A stretch of 64,000 bases of DNA from Felis catus (taxonomy: Eukaryota): contig NC_058368.1 of assembly GCF_018350175.1 (NCBI RefSeq), forward strand, positions 22,136,001 through 22,200,000. Reading direction: 5' to 3'. A model generated the notes under the pieces. It saw only the letters and a program-made list of their open reading frames with translations, ran no database searches and had not been told where the DNA came from. Made by a program: the position numbers and the translations under genes. Positions 25,501 to 38,183 of this stretch are shown here, piece by piece; position 1 is the stretch's first letter; every line of letters starts with the position of its first letter.

Positions 25501-27149
25501 AACTTTGGCTTTTTTAATAAAAGAAAACACTTCTTTCCACCTAATACCCCAACAAGCATATGGGTTCTCCATTAGATGACACTAAAGTGTATAATTTCAT
25601 ACAAAACAGTGTCCTTTAATAAGGCTACTTCAGTGTCAGAATGAACCAGGTATGGCAAAATTTGTCAACAGAAACACTTGTATCTGAAAGTATAGTTATT
25701 TGCATTTTTAACATTATTTTTCTTCTGTTCTTCTGGATGCTTTCCAAAATATTTCCTTGTTAAGCATGGAGTATTTTTCAAGAGCCTAAACCAATACAAC
25801 CTTCTGGATCCACTGAGGTCAGCTGATAGTTCCCTGAGAAGCGTAAATACCAGACATCTGGGTGGAGAACTGGAGTCACGTGTGCTTATTTTTGTCAGAC
25901 CACTAGTTCTTCTCGACGTACCTCTCTTTCATTTATCTTCATGGATATTTACATCTGACTCCCAGCTGGACTATAAGTTCCACGAGGGCAGGGTGTGTCC
26001 CTGGGTTTGCTCAACAGAGTGCCAGGCACACAGTAAGCTCTCAGAAATATTGGTCAGTGGGATGATGAGTCATGGAGTGTTCAGATAAAGAGCCAGGAGA
26101 ACTACCACTGGTTATCATCATGGATGAAACCAAGTTGGCCAGAGGTTGTGGTATGCTACACAGGAGACTCACTGCTCATGGGCTTAACATTCTTGAGATT
26201 TAATGACATCAGGCACCCATAGTACCTTTGCATCTTCTAGCATAACTCTTGCTTTCTTTTTTTGAAACTCTGGAAATGGGCACATCGGACTCTACAAGGT
26301 ACTTCATGCTGCTCAGACCCCACCCCCAGCTCCACTCATCAGGAAGAGCCGTGTTCTCTACAGGCAAACAGCCTCCTTACTCCACCTCATGCCCTGGGGA
26401 TACATCCCAGGCTGAGCACCTTTAGGTGTGGGTGTCAGCACTGGGATGGACCACAGCTTCTTCTGGTTCAACTTGGCCTGGGCTCCAATTTCTGAAAACT
26501 GAAACTTGCAGAAACACAACTGCCTTCATATCTAGAGTGGCTGGGAGGGAGTTGGGGGAAGAGTTATTCCAGAAAAGTCCTGGCTCATGTCCTTCTGAAA
26601 GACATGTGCTTTCCCTAACAAATTGCTTTGTGCTATACTCAACAAAGCTATACTCAACAAAGCCTGCATGGATTCCCCTTACATCTTTCTCCTCCCCGAA
26701 AAGCTATATGGGTTTAGAAATAACATTCAGGAAAATGAGAAATACTCATGTACCTTAGTGTCACTAAAGATAGAATTCATGTTTATAAAGAAAAGTGTTG
26801 GCACAGAAATAAAGCGGACCAGCCTGAAAAGATCTGGCAGACAATGGAAGTCAGGCGGTTTGCAGGAACAGTAACTTGCTGGGTTACAGTCATCCTTATG
26901 GAAATGAAAGCTGTAACTCTATGTGGTAAATTAAAATAAAAAATGATGACATATGGGTAGACACGTATACTTGCTAGTCTTTTGAGTTATTTCTACCACC
27001 ACAAAGGAAACACAAGCTTGATGGTCCCTCTGGTAAAAACAGATAATATTTCACTGCTTTTCCATTGTGCATAATCATTACAAATCATGAAAATTCCTTG
27101 AATGTGTTACATACTGAAACTTCACTCGAATGTATCATAAAATTTTTTT

Positions 27150-27333
27150 CATTGTTTTTTTAAAATATTTTTGAGAGTGAGTGAGTGGGGGAGGGGCAGA
27201 CAGAGAGGGACACGAGGATCAGAAGTGGGTTCTGCGCTGACAGCAGAGAGCCCAACGTGGGGCTCGAACTCAAACTGTGAGATCATGACCTGAGCCTAAG
27301 TCAGCTTAACTGACTGAGCCACCCAGGTGCCCC
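27150..27333 (-). mobile_element. Can-SINE
   Basis: SINE body on - strand; flanking tcataa-ttttttt repeats. Confidence 0.88.
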
Positions 27334-28129
27334 TCATAATTTTTTTTTAATTTTGTAGAGTGAGTTATTATAAAAAATGATCATAAAGTAAATGCTCAGG
27401 CTTCAGGGGAAGCTCATCAGGGAGTACCCGGGATGGATGTTTCGGAGGTACAGGGTGGGAGCCAGGGTCTGAACTGAACCGGAGCCTGAAGCCACCTAGT
27501 GGACCAATTCTAGCACAGGTCAGAGTTGAACACCAGAACCAAAAAAGAAATCAGAAATAACAAATGCAAACACATCCAGATGCTACAGTGATGGTGAACA
27601 AGATTTGACTCTATCCCCAAAGGTTGCTTTGAGAGGATCTTTCTCAGGTACTCCTCATCTCCATCAAGTCTTTAGAAAAGTCCTTGGTGGAAGAACATGC
27701 ACTGCTCTAGCACAATACCTTAGGGGCTTAACCCCAAGGAAAAGATGGATAATGGTATTATGGGGTGGCTATTTGTATCAAATATATTAGTGAAAATGTT
27801 TAAAATGACTGTGGGAATTTGATGCTTAAGGCCAAAACATTACAGAAAATACAAAAATGGAGATGTGAATATATTAATTTACCTCTATTTTTCGTCCTCA
27901 AAATCATTAAAATGAAAGTAAAGGATTTTTGTTTTATTTTGAATATAAACTTACAGGACAAAGAGAATGGAGAAATCAACAGCAACATTTTGGGAGGTGT
28001 GCCTACGAACGCGAGGCCCTAAAGGCTGCTGCTCTGCATGATGCCATGTGCTCTGTTCTACACTGTTCCAGAATATCTGGTGAAGAACCCTAGTTTATTA
28101 GGGTTTCAACCCAAACCTCAAAACTTCCT

Positions 28130-28840
28130 CTAGTAGTGTAACAAGGATCATGAAACAATGCCTTCCAATTTCTGAGGGACAATGATTCCCAATCTACGAT
28201 TCTATACCTAACCAAACTATCAATTAAATGTGAGGAATGAAGATATTGGCAGATACTCAGAGTATCAAAACTGCTCCACACCCAAAGTCTTATCTGACAG
28301 TCATCCTGCTACCATGTACCCATTCTCTGTATCCTTTCTCAGGAATCTTCTGAAAAACATGCCCCACCAAAAAGAGAAAGGCATGGGTCCCTGGAAACAG
28401 GGGATTCCCAGGACAGTTGTGAAGGGTGGGCCCCAAAAGATACCTGTGCAGCATGTCTAGTGAGCAATCAGTCCAGACTGGAGGTGGACAGAAGGCTCTA
28501 GAAGGGATTTCTTCAAAAAGAATTTTTTTAGGATACCCAATATGCCTGACTGTATTGAGAGAAGGTTATATAACTGGGAGACAAGTTTGGCTATAGATTA
28601 GTACTAAAATAGAAAACCAAGCCAAAAAAAAAAAAAAAGGCAATTTTTGAATTCAGGAAAATAAATTCAATAAAGAAAGGAAAAGGAATGCTAGTACACA
28701 TGACAAACTGTGATTAGCATTTACAGAGTCATAATGACAAACAGTGAATATTGATGCAACCAAAACAAAAGTGTAACAGTGTGGAGCATGGAGAGAGGGG
28801 AGTGAGGTGAAAGAAAGCTCTTCCATTATGGAAATTCAAA
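28130..28840 (+). mobile_element. Ancient L1M/HAL1-like ORF1 relic
   Basis: aacaatgccttccaatttctgagggacaatgattcccaatctacgattctatacctaaccaaactatcaatt resembles the ORF1 C-terminal region. Confidence 0.5.
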
Positions 28841-28853
28841 AGACAATGGCTCA

Positions 28854-29030
28854 GGGGAGTACGGGTGGCTCAGTTGGTTAAGCATCAGACTTTGGCTCAG
28901 CTCATGATCTCATGAGTTCATGAGTTTGAGCCCCACATCTGGCTCTCTGCTGTCAGTGCAAATTTGGCTTCGGATCCTGTCTCCCTCTCTCTGCCCCTCC
29001 CCTGCTTTCTCTCTCTAAAAATAAACATCT
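28854..29030 (+). mobile_element. Can-SINE
   Basis: gggtggctcagttggttaagc head, (CT)n, aaaataaaca tail. Confidence 0.88.
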
Positions 29031-29031
29031 T

Positions 29032-29095
29032 AATTCGAAGTAAGGTTTATAGAGCTATCTATCAATTCAAAGTAAGGTTTATAGAGCTATTTATC
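29032..29095. repeat. 32-bp tandem duplication
   Basis: aattcgaagtaaggtttatagagctatctatc / aattcaaagtaaggtttatagagctatttatc. Confidence 0.9.
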
Positions 29096-29647
29096 ATTTA
29101 AAATATGTAGGTATAATTTTACTACAAAATGACTAAATTCACAATAATGGAAGTCCTTGAATTTATTGCTGTAACATACATGTTAAAATCAGCCAACATG
29201 TCAAATGTGAGCTTACATTAGAAACAAAACTGAAAATGGGGGGAAGGGAGGCACAATCCTGACACTTCTTGATTAGGCCCTTGCAACATTGTGAACTAGT
29301 ATTTAAGAAATCATTTCATCTCCCAGACTCTCCTGTTTCCAGATTTATAGAAAGTGTGCTACAGTGGATGAAATCTGAGTTCCTTTGAAATCTGTCTATT
29401 TAAATGCAGTTCAATGTACATGGTAAATATATTTATAGACCAACTTCCACATACTTTAATGTAGGGTATTCCATTTTAAATGGGCCTCATTTTCAACTGG
29501 TACTTACTAGTGGGGTTTGTTTTACTTGGAGACAGGATCTTCAAAACTCAGACTAAATGATAGAAAAGTTCTGTACTTTTTGTATTAAGTAGGTCCATTG
29601 GATTTTTAATGGTCAACAGTAATTGTATTAAAAATATCAATGAGTCT

Positions 29648-29752
29648 AGGGGCACCTGGCTCAGTCGGTAAAGCATGTGACTCTTGATCCCAGGGTCATG
29701 AGTTCAAGCCCCACATGGAGTGTGGAGCCTACTTAAAAAAAAAAAAAAAAAA
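29648..29752 (+). mobile_element. Short tRNA-derived Can-SINE lacking the (CT)n region
   Basis: ggggcacctggctcagtcggtaaagcatgtgactcttgat...gagttcaagccccac, followed directly by polyA. Confidence 0.85.
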
Positions 29753-30254
29753 GGAATAAAAAAATCAATAACTTTAAGATACATGACAAATGCTGATACA
29801 AGAAAAGATAGGCCCAACTGGTCAACAGATAAGAGAAAATTTGATCAGACCCAACAGTTTGCTCTATCCTTGCAAAATGAATCAGTATGTATGATGACTC
29901 AGGCCATGGAACAGGTATGTCACTTTTCTGTGCTGGGAGGCAAATATAATAGACTCAATTCTATGCTCTTAAGAGAAGGAAATCAGGCTGTCTCTGTATG
30001 ACATCCAGCTATGACCAAACCTCACCCAAGTTAACTTTTGATTGATTGATGTATAGCCCAGCTAGGTGTTAACTCTAGATTTTCCATTACCTTTTGGAAA
30101 CAGGCGGAAAAAATTATTGCAGGTTGAGGGTATTTACAAAATGGTCTGGCTGATTCACATGTATCAGTAATCTGAAAAACGAACAAACAGAACCAAGCAA
30201 AGCTACAGGTTATAACCTTCCCCCGCCTAAATTAAAACCAGAGATGTGAGATTT

Positions 30255-30479
30255 ATTTTTTTTTTTATTTTTTTTTTTCAACGTTAATTTATTTTTGGGA
30301 CAGAGAGAGACAGAGCATGAACGGGGAAGGGGCAGAGAGAGAGGGAGACACAGAATCGGAAACAGGCTCCAGTCTCTGCCATCAGCCCAGAGCCTGACGC
30401 GGGGCTCGAACTCACGGACCGCGAGATCGTGACCTGGCTGAAGTCGGACGCCCAACCGACTGCGCCACCCAGGCACCCC
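30255..30479 (-). mobile_element. Young felid SINE
   Basis: Near-consensus body; TSD agagatgtgagattt at 30240-30254 and 30480-30494. Confidence 0.96.
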
Positions 30480-30699
30480 AGAGATGTGAGATTTCAAACT
30501 GCTTTTGACTTACCCACCCTAAACCTAAGGGCTTTAAAAGATGTGAACATGAATCAGTTCTATTTGTCATCTTCAAATCTGGGGATCTAGCCATAGAAAA
30601 GGCCTTAGGTATCATTATACTACATGAAATGGCCTTACATCCAATACAGTAAGGCATGTATTATAAAATACACACTTACACTCACTTGATGGTTTATGT

Positions 30700-30890
30700 C
30701 AGTGGCTTTCAGCTGGGGGTGACTTTGCCCCCTAAGGAACATTTTTGGCTGTCTTCTGGATGAGGAGTTGCTACTGACATCTAGTGGGTGGAGACAAGGG
30801 ATGCAGCTAAATGTTCCACAATGCAGAGGACAACCCTCACAGCAGAGTCATCTGGCTCAAAATACCAATCGTGCCAAGGTTTAGGGAACC
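30700..30890. mobile_element. MER20 hAT DNA transposon relic
   Basis: gggggtgactttgccccc...tgctactgacatctagtgggtggagacaagggatgcagctaaa...aatgcagaggaca. Confidence 0.8.
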
Positions 30891-31745
30891 TGATTTTCTG
30901 GTGTGATAAAAATTAAAGACAAAACTCTAGCAAAGCTAGTAAACTGCTCTAAAATCTCAATAAAAGGTTTTTTGGTACATCATTTAGTTAGGATTCTGAA
31001 AAACTCACAGCTTTAAACTTGTGCTTGAAGGTGAAGATATACGGTCAACTCTGGAAAATAAACATTATGCATTCAGTCTGCTACTGGACAAATTTCTTAA
31101 CTTCTCAAAATATAATTTTATTATTTTTGACAGCTAAAATTTAATTTCTTCTATTTTAAAAAAGTGTCCAAAGCAAATTACACTGTCTCCATTTGGGATG
31201 GAGAGCGTTTAGCATGTAGGTGCTCAGGAGTTGAGTAAATGGTAGCAATACATCTACATGTTGGCCTGAAATAACAGATCCCTAGTTCCACACTCAGTAG
31301 GTTATAAACGTGGCCTGAGCTGTAACTCAGTCCCTTCTTGAGGTGACTGAGGTAGCCATCCATAACCCGTTAGCACACTTCCTTCACTGTGTCAGCACAG
31401 TGAGCCACAGCATAACTGGAAGACCAATCTGCTCAACTACAGAGAAGTTAGAAAACCCACAAAGGTTCTGGCCCAAAGAGCCTCCTCTACTAACCAGAAC
31501 AGAGTCACCCAGGTTAGAGCAGCTAGTTATCTTTTCCCAATAGGAAAGGTATCACAGGCTAAGGAGAATGAAGAAATTTGACAAAGGGTAACAGAGTAAA
31601 TTAAATGGATTGGCTGTAAGTCTCTCTTAGAAGTGGGCATAATCAGAGCTGACTTGGTAATGGTCCTGAGAGGCTCTCTGGTTGGCCTCTGAAACAGTGC
31701 TGGTCTGGCAGTAAGCATGAATGTTCTTCCAGGAACCCAGTATGT

Positions 31746-31968
31746 GGGGCACGTGGGTGGCTCAGCTGGTTAAGCAGCCGGCTTTGCTCAGGTCATGATC
31801 TCACAGTTTGTGGGTTTGAGCCCCGTGTCAGGCTCTGTGCTGACAGCTCAGAGGCTGGAGCCTGCTTCGGATTCTGTGTCTCCCTCTCTCTCTGTCCCTC
31901 CCCTGCTTGTGCTCTGTTTCTCTCTGTCTCTCAAAAATAAATAAACATTTAAAAAAAAAAAAAAAAAA
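31746..31968 (+). mobile_element. Can-SINE
   Basis: SINE head and tail; imperfect TSD ccagtatgt/ccagcatgt. Confidence 0.92.
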
Positions 31969-32006
31969 ACCAGCATGTGCCCTTGAAAGCAAATGTAAAA
32001 AAGATG

Positions 32007-32492
32007 TGTAAGGAAAGGAAAATTTTCCCTTCTTCCCTTCTAGATTCTTTGGCTGGCCTAAAAATTAAATTGATATAAGATAACTTATCAGGAGAAAAAA
32101 ACAAATTTAATTCCATATATACACAAGCCATACAAATATGAGACTCAAAAGAAGTGACCAGGCAGGCAGGCTTTATACCTTTTAAAAAACCCAGAAACAA
32201 TTATTTGTGAAGAATTGATGAAGGAATTTGGGCTTGGGGTGGCAAATTAATGAAGAAGTAACGAAGCTGTTTTTACAGGCTTCTCAGTCCTGAATCCCAT
32301 CTCCAGTGATGAGAATGCTTTTACCCGCCAGGTGCCGAGAGGGTGCCCTTCACACGGAAGTTTATTTCCTGCTTCCAGGGGGACAAAGGAGTGTCCTTCT
32401 TACAATGGCTATTTCTTAAATAATTTTAATTCAACATAATCCATATGCCAAAGTGGCTTATTTTTTGGAGTGGCATATTTTGCTTCCCTTCA
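32007..32492 (-). mobile_element. ERV1 LTR, MER34/MER39-like (3' LTR)
   Basis: - strand reads TGAAGGGAAGCAAAATATGCCACTCCAAAAAATAAGCCACTTTGGCATATGGATTAT...CCTTACA (TG...CA), directly preceded by the purine-rich AAAGGTGGGAC (PPT). Confidence 0.78.
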
Positions 32493-35400
32493 GTCCCACC
32501 TTTGAAACTGCAAAAAGCTTCATAATCCAGAAGCTGAGTTGGTAGATTATTTTACTGTTTCATGGAATTAATCTCTTAGTCTTAAAAACAGCTCAGTTCA
32601 GTTAAATGGTTGTATCTAATATTAGGAGGTTATGGTGTAACTGGGCTCCCACAATTGGGCCTATAATGTGTGAGAAATCAACTATTGATTAAGGCATTTC
32701 TATGGAAACAAAAGAAAAACAAAGGTTAATGATTACAACAAATTATAAACCAGCTTCTAAGCCCAGGGGCAGCCAGTCAAGAAAATTTCTAGATGTCAGA
32801 GTCAAAGCATCTTTTGCAGTTTGAATGTCTCTGACATCATCAGGTGTTCAAGTAAACTTTCTGAGTGGCACACAGAGCAGCAGGCATGATTGCTGAAACA
32901 CGAGTTATTGTGGCCATTTCTCCGAAAGTTTATATTAAGTCATTCGCATTCAGTTTATAAGGCTTTGGGGGAAAGGTTAGTTTTGTTCTTAGTGATTCCA
33001 AGTCAAAACTGGGAGAAAATTGGAAAGGTTTATTTGCAGAGCTATAGCCAAATATTGAAGGAAACTATAACTCAGGATCCAGTAACTTTAACAGATGGAA
33101 AACAAAACCTCAAAGCTAATTAACAGCACTAGAATCTGATATTCATAAAGTTTCTTTTTTAAGTTTATTTATTTACTTTGAGAGAGACAGAGACAGAGCG
33201 AGGGAGGGAGGGGCAGACAGCAAGGGAGAGAGAGACTCTTAAGTAAGTTCTGCACTGCCAGCTCAGAGACTGATGTGGGGCTTGAATTCACAAAACTGTG
33301 AGATCATGACCTGAGCCGAAATCAAGAGTGGGACACTTAACCAACTGAGCCACCCAGGCGCCCCTAGAATCTGATATTTATAAAGGTGTGTTACTGAAAC
33401 ATAATTTTTCCACCTACCAAAAATAATCACAGAAAGACTAATTTGTTTGCAAATTAAATCTAGTTTCAATAAAGTTGGCCTATTTACACAAGTGTAGCAA
33501 GAATAATAACTGATCATATAGGCTCTTCTAACTCTGCTTTGCTACAATTTTTGGTAAGGAATCTCAGATTGAACTCTTAAAAGCCTCTTGAGGCTAGGAA
33601 GCCAAGCCAAGGACTTGCTATCACACTTCACCTGCAATACCTACAAATCTGGGTTAATTCCTCTCTTCTCAAGGTCTCCCAAATATTCTGAGGTTCCTGA
33701 GCCTGCCAGGAAGTGACCTTCCACATTCACCTAGTAAGGCTGCTGGGAACCCTGCAAGCAAGGTACCAGGCCAACTTTTCCAAGGGGCTCTATTGTTTAT
33801 TGGCTCCCTAAAGTCAACCGTAGTTTCTTAAAGCTGTCTGGTCATATCTAAGTCTATGTAGATCTCTCAGATATGACATTCCAGTCAAAGCCTCAGTAAC
33901 ATAACCAATGTTTCCACTTATGCTCATTTTAAGAACAGATTCTTATTGAGCTTACTCAAATAACTGTATTACCATGAAAATAAGAATACTCACTAACAGT
34001 TGTTAAATTCTGGAGGTATGAGGTAGGGAGAAAAAGCAATTGTTTCAATTCTGCTTATAAAGGAATAATTTAACAAACTGCTATAAATCATAGATAAATT
34101 AAGAGAAAAGAGAAAAAGGTTTTTCTTAAATCTGGAAAAACCAAACATTAAAAAAAAAAAACAGCAATGTTTCAAACCAAAAAGTCATAAAAAATTATGA
34201 TCATCCTCCTCAGTTCACTCACTCCCATGTTCATTCAACCCCATGTAATTAATGTTTGCTCTGTGTGAATTCATTTTTTCGGTAGTTCTGGAAATTCTTA
34301 CCCAGTTCAGTTGGACGACCTTAAAGTTATCAGAAACTTGTATTCCACAATACTTGTTAGAGTCCATTCATGAACCTCCTTGAAGATGAAGCACTTTTAC
34401 AGGAAAACTTTTACAAAACATCAGAATAAAACAGTAACTGCCATGGTTAAAGATCTGATAAAGTTCATTACAATGCAATTGGCAAGAAAATCTGATTATA
34501 TCTGGGAATACAACATTTTAAGATAATAACTGGAATTACAGTGATAACATTATCCTGGGACATCTGATTTCTAGGAATTTCATAGAATTTCTGCAACACT
34601 TAAAACACATACCTACACAGATACAATGTAAAGAAAGCTTGATATTTCTTATTTAACAAGACTTCCCATGTAATTTAGCAATATCACATAAACCAATTCA
34701 TTTAGCACCTCCCTTTTATGAAGAGAAAAAACAAATCTTTTGAGATGTTCCAGGGACCCTCTGGAAAACTCCAACTTACTTTCCAGGTCAAAAAATTGTG
34801 TTTAAAAATCGATTTTGGAAAGTTTGCAAAAAATATCAAAAGGTTTGGACACTTGACTAAATAGGATCACAGATAATACTTAATTATATTTTTAACCAAA
34901 GTGACGAAAGATTTTAAAAGCAAATATAGGAGATTACATTGTTTTAAGTAAAATTCAGCTCTTAGCGTTAAGACTCAGTTAAGTAATCAAAGATCTGATA
35001 AAGACAACATGAAGCACAGGAAAGTATTTTAGTAAAACACAACATTTTTGCTTTTCAGGGAGATTACTCAAAAGGTAAAAACAAAACAAAACAAAACATT
35101 CATAATATCTTATTAAGAGCAGACCAATAGTCCAAGAAAATTTTGCCCTTTCTGCAAATGAAAGAAAATTACATACGCAAACTATTAAAACAAAAAAGCA
35201 AGTGTATCATTTTTAAAAACCTTTACAACAATTCAATTTTTAGCCAATGTGACTACAAAACTAACTCCCTCCCTTCCTTCCTTCCATCCTTTCTCTTTTT
35301 CTTTTCCTAAATGTCTATGTCCTTAGTTTGTCCTTTATTTTTCTCTTTTCATTCTGAAATAACCAGCTTCACTTTAGGACAAAATTTACTTTCTTTTCTC

Positions 35401-35520
35401 TTAACAAAAATATATCTCCATACCTCATACCTTTTCTTAGCTAAAAACACATCCTAGTTTCCTTGCAATACAGAGTTGTTTTTTATTATTTCTAGTAGTT
35501 TTAATTATATATATTATAAG
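32493..35520 (-). mobile_element. Non-coding ERV1 internal region (MER4/MER34-int-like), 5' part missing
   Basis: Contiguous with the PPT/LTR; AT-rich with MER4-group-like motifs (cctgccaggaagtgacctt...cacctagtaaggctgctgggaacc); no gag/pol/env ORF; no second LTR seen. Confidence 0.65.
33152..33364 (-). mobile_element. Can-SINE inserted in the ERV internal region
   Basis: TSD tagaatctgatatt on both sides. Confidence 0.92.
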
Positions 35521-35542
35521 CTTTCTATAGTTACATTCATAG

Positions 35543-35712
35543 GGTGGTTCTCAAACTCCAAGGTCATTAGGAGAGCTATGAAAACAGAGATTGCTAGGTC
35601 CCACGCACAGCATCTGATTCAGTAGGTCTCAGCGGACCCCAATAATTTGCATTTCTAACAAGTCCCCAGGTGATGCTAAAGCAGCTTGTCCAGGGAACCC
35701 CCTCTGAGAATC
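35543..35712. mobile_element. MER5A-like hAT relic
   Basis: gtggttctcaaact...tctgattcagtaggtct...aatttgcatttctaacaagtccccaggtgatgct...tgagaatca. Confidence 0.8.
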
Positions 35713-35724
35713 ATTCTCTCATGC

Positions 35725-36014
35725 TTCTGTCTTCCACTAGACTGTGAGCTTCTTGAGATGAGGGAGCATTTCTTACACATCTTATTTCCAGGATCTAGTC
35801 AGTGTCCTGTACTCACTCAATCAATCAACAAATACTTACTGAATGCCTATTATGTGCCAGGCACTATTGTAGGCACTGGATTCATCATTTAAAACATTTA
35901 TATATTTATATACATAAATATATAAATTCATATATATATGTACACACACATATAAATTCATATATATAGAGAGAGACATATATATATGTATATATATATG
36001 TATGTATGTATGTG

Positions 36015-36097
<83 letters not shown>

Positions 36098-36195
36098 GTC
36101 TCTCTCTATATATGTCTCTCTATATATATCCCTGCCCTCATAGAACCTTCCTTCTGGTACTACATAGTAAATTCTCAATAAATGTTGAAAACTGA
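35725..36195. mobile_element. L2 3'-end relics flanking a (TA)n tract
   Basis: ccactagactgtgagcttcttgag; caacaaatacttactgaatgcctattatgtgccaggcact; catagtaaattctcaataaatgttg. Confidence 0.65.
35899..36129. repeat. Compound (TA)n/(TATG)n microsatellite
   Basis: About 230 bp of alternating TA with TG/CA interruptions. Confidence 0.95.
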
Positions 36196-36229
36196 GTTGT
36201 AAAGTTTATAAGGTTGTAAAGAAGGAAAT

Positions 36230-38183
36230 ATGGCATTATCATGAGTATTTTAATAGTGCTTGTAAATATCCATTTTCTACTTCCTAAGCCTAGTTTTTCC
36301 CATTTTATGTTTCTCCCTTCTGATATCCGCCTCAACATCCAACACATGCATCCATAAACCTGGCAGTATGCCAGGCTTTGGCATCTTACAAAAATTTTGC
36401 TGATTAAATGTGGATGACATATTAGTAAAAAAACAACAATTCTAACATGAATTTAAACATGTATAATTAATATATTGAAGCAACTGGGAGGATGTAAGCA
36501 AATCTCAGTATTTTCATATTGATAAATATTTTAAAATAGCTTCACTACTGGTTTTCAAATTCGCCTTAGTTATCTCTAAGGATATCTCTCCTCCCCTCTC
36601 TCAATATTTAAGGCATTTCTCAACTGGCTGGTATGATGACTTTGAACTCCCAGTGCACCTAAGCGGGCTGCTGTACAAATAGGGGCATCGGTCAACATTT
36701 GGATTCTCCTGTGTAGAGTTCTGAGAGACTCCGTTAGGAGGCCTCATGAGGCCAAGTGGTGTCGTGGAAGGGAAGGGGATGATCGCAGGGGCAAACCTGA
36801 TTATCTCTGCACAGCCAAGGCAGGTGCGCCTCATGATGTCACATCCAGGCCCGTGGGCCATGGGCTATGCACTCCCTCCCTAACTCTAGGAAAGTGCAAG
36901 ACATGTACCTTCATCTTTGGACTAATTTCCTGAAAGTTTCTCAGCAAATAAAAGTTGAGAGGTTTCACAAAGAGCAATTTGGAATGCAACTGACCTGACT
37001 GGGCATAATTTTACTTTCAAGATTCCCAGGATTCTTAAGGTTTGCAAATAATTTTTTAAAACCTTCCATTGAGGGGCGCCTGGGTGGCGCAGTCGGTTAA
37101 GCGTCCGACTTCAGCCAGGTCACGATCTCGCGGTCCGTGAGTTCGAGCCCCGCGTTGGGCTCTGGGCTGATGGCTCAGAGCCTGGAGCCTGTTTCCGATT
37201 CTGTGTCTCCCTCTCTCTCTGCCCCTCCCCTGTTCATGCTCTGACTCTCTGTCCCAAAGAAAAATAAATAAACGTTGAAAAAAAAAAAAAAAAAACTTCC
37301 ATTGAAAGCCATGAGACACTCTATTAATTGTATGGAGCGAAAAATGGGCAGCATTGGTGAATGGAATTCAAAAAAGGCTAGTTTCAATATTCCAGACTAT
37401 TTCTTCACTGTTAACATCCTAACCAAAGTTGGCAGTGTGAATGACTTCAAGAATCAGTGCTGCCTCAGAACAGTATTTTCTTCCTACTGCTATCCCAAAT
37501 CAGTGATATAACACCCTAGTCCAACAAATCATTGTGATTTCTACATATTGGAAGAGTTTTAAAAGAAAATTAAGAATGTTGTCAGGAATATACTTTTATA
37601 ATGGGGATCACGTATATCAACTTCATTTTTATGATCCTAATTATGATTTAATTAGGATTCAATCCTAATTAAATTCTGATTATTAAAAAGCTTTAGGTAT
37701 AATAAATGTGAACTTTTGGTGAGCCATACACTGACTTAAAAATGGCCAGGTCATCATTTACTTCCCTGGAGCAGTTTACTAATTATCACCTTCATAATCT
37801 GAAGGAATTAATATTTTTTAAAAGGTGTAGAATTCTCTGCTGAGATGTGACCCCAGTGAACCAGCCCCTCTAAAAAAATTGGCTAATGTAAAGCTAAGAC
37901 AAGGAGAAATTAACCTCAACAGGTGATTAAATTGATCTCATTAAATTATTGCTACCTCATTTAATGTAATAAAAGACCACACCACTATATTCTGGAAAAC
38001 AGACAAATCTAAAATAAAAATATTGTCATTAACATCATTCATATGGTGATAATAAAGTAGCTTCCTTAAATTTTTTTTCCAGTTATTCATAAAATCCATC
38101 CTTATTTTCTGAGTTAACAAGGCTAGAGTTTTAAAAGTGCAATAAAAGTTCTTGAGGCTTCACTCCAGTCTAGACAGGCCTTC
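36230..38183 (-). other. CDADC1: CDADC1 3' UTR (distal end uncertain)
   Basis: Follows the TAA at 38184; candidate ATTAAA signal on - strand at 36249-36254; I saw no canonical AATAAA on this strand here. Confidence 0.45.
37073..37292 (+). mobile_element. Young felid SINE, antisense within the putative CDADC1 3' UTR
   Basis: Near-consensus body; TSD cttccattga on both sides. Confidence 0.96.

Noticed and set aside
20730..29095. CRISPR-like arrays from short direct repeats (20730, 26632, 29032)
   Set aside because: Only two adjacent copies each, no spacers, eukaryotic context; simple tandem duplications
29648..29752. tRNA gene
   Set aside because: A/B-box similarity reflects the tRNA-derived SINE head; it ends in polyA and has no complete cloverleaf
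32493..35520. Domesticated retroviral env (HEMO/syncytin-like) gene
   Set aside because: No long ORF and no recognisable env, gag or pol motifs in the internal region
35906..36195. ORFs rich in YI/IY repeats, and the KKER/FFLS ORFs at 2325-2672
   Set aside because: Translations of (TA)n and (GAAA)n microsatellites
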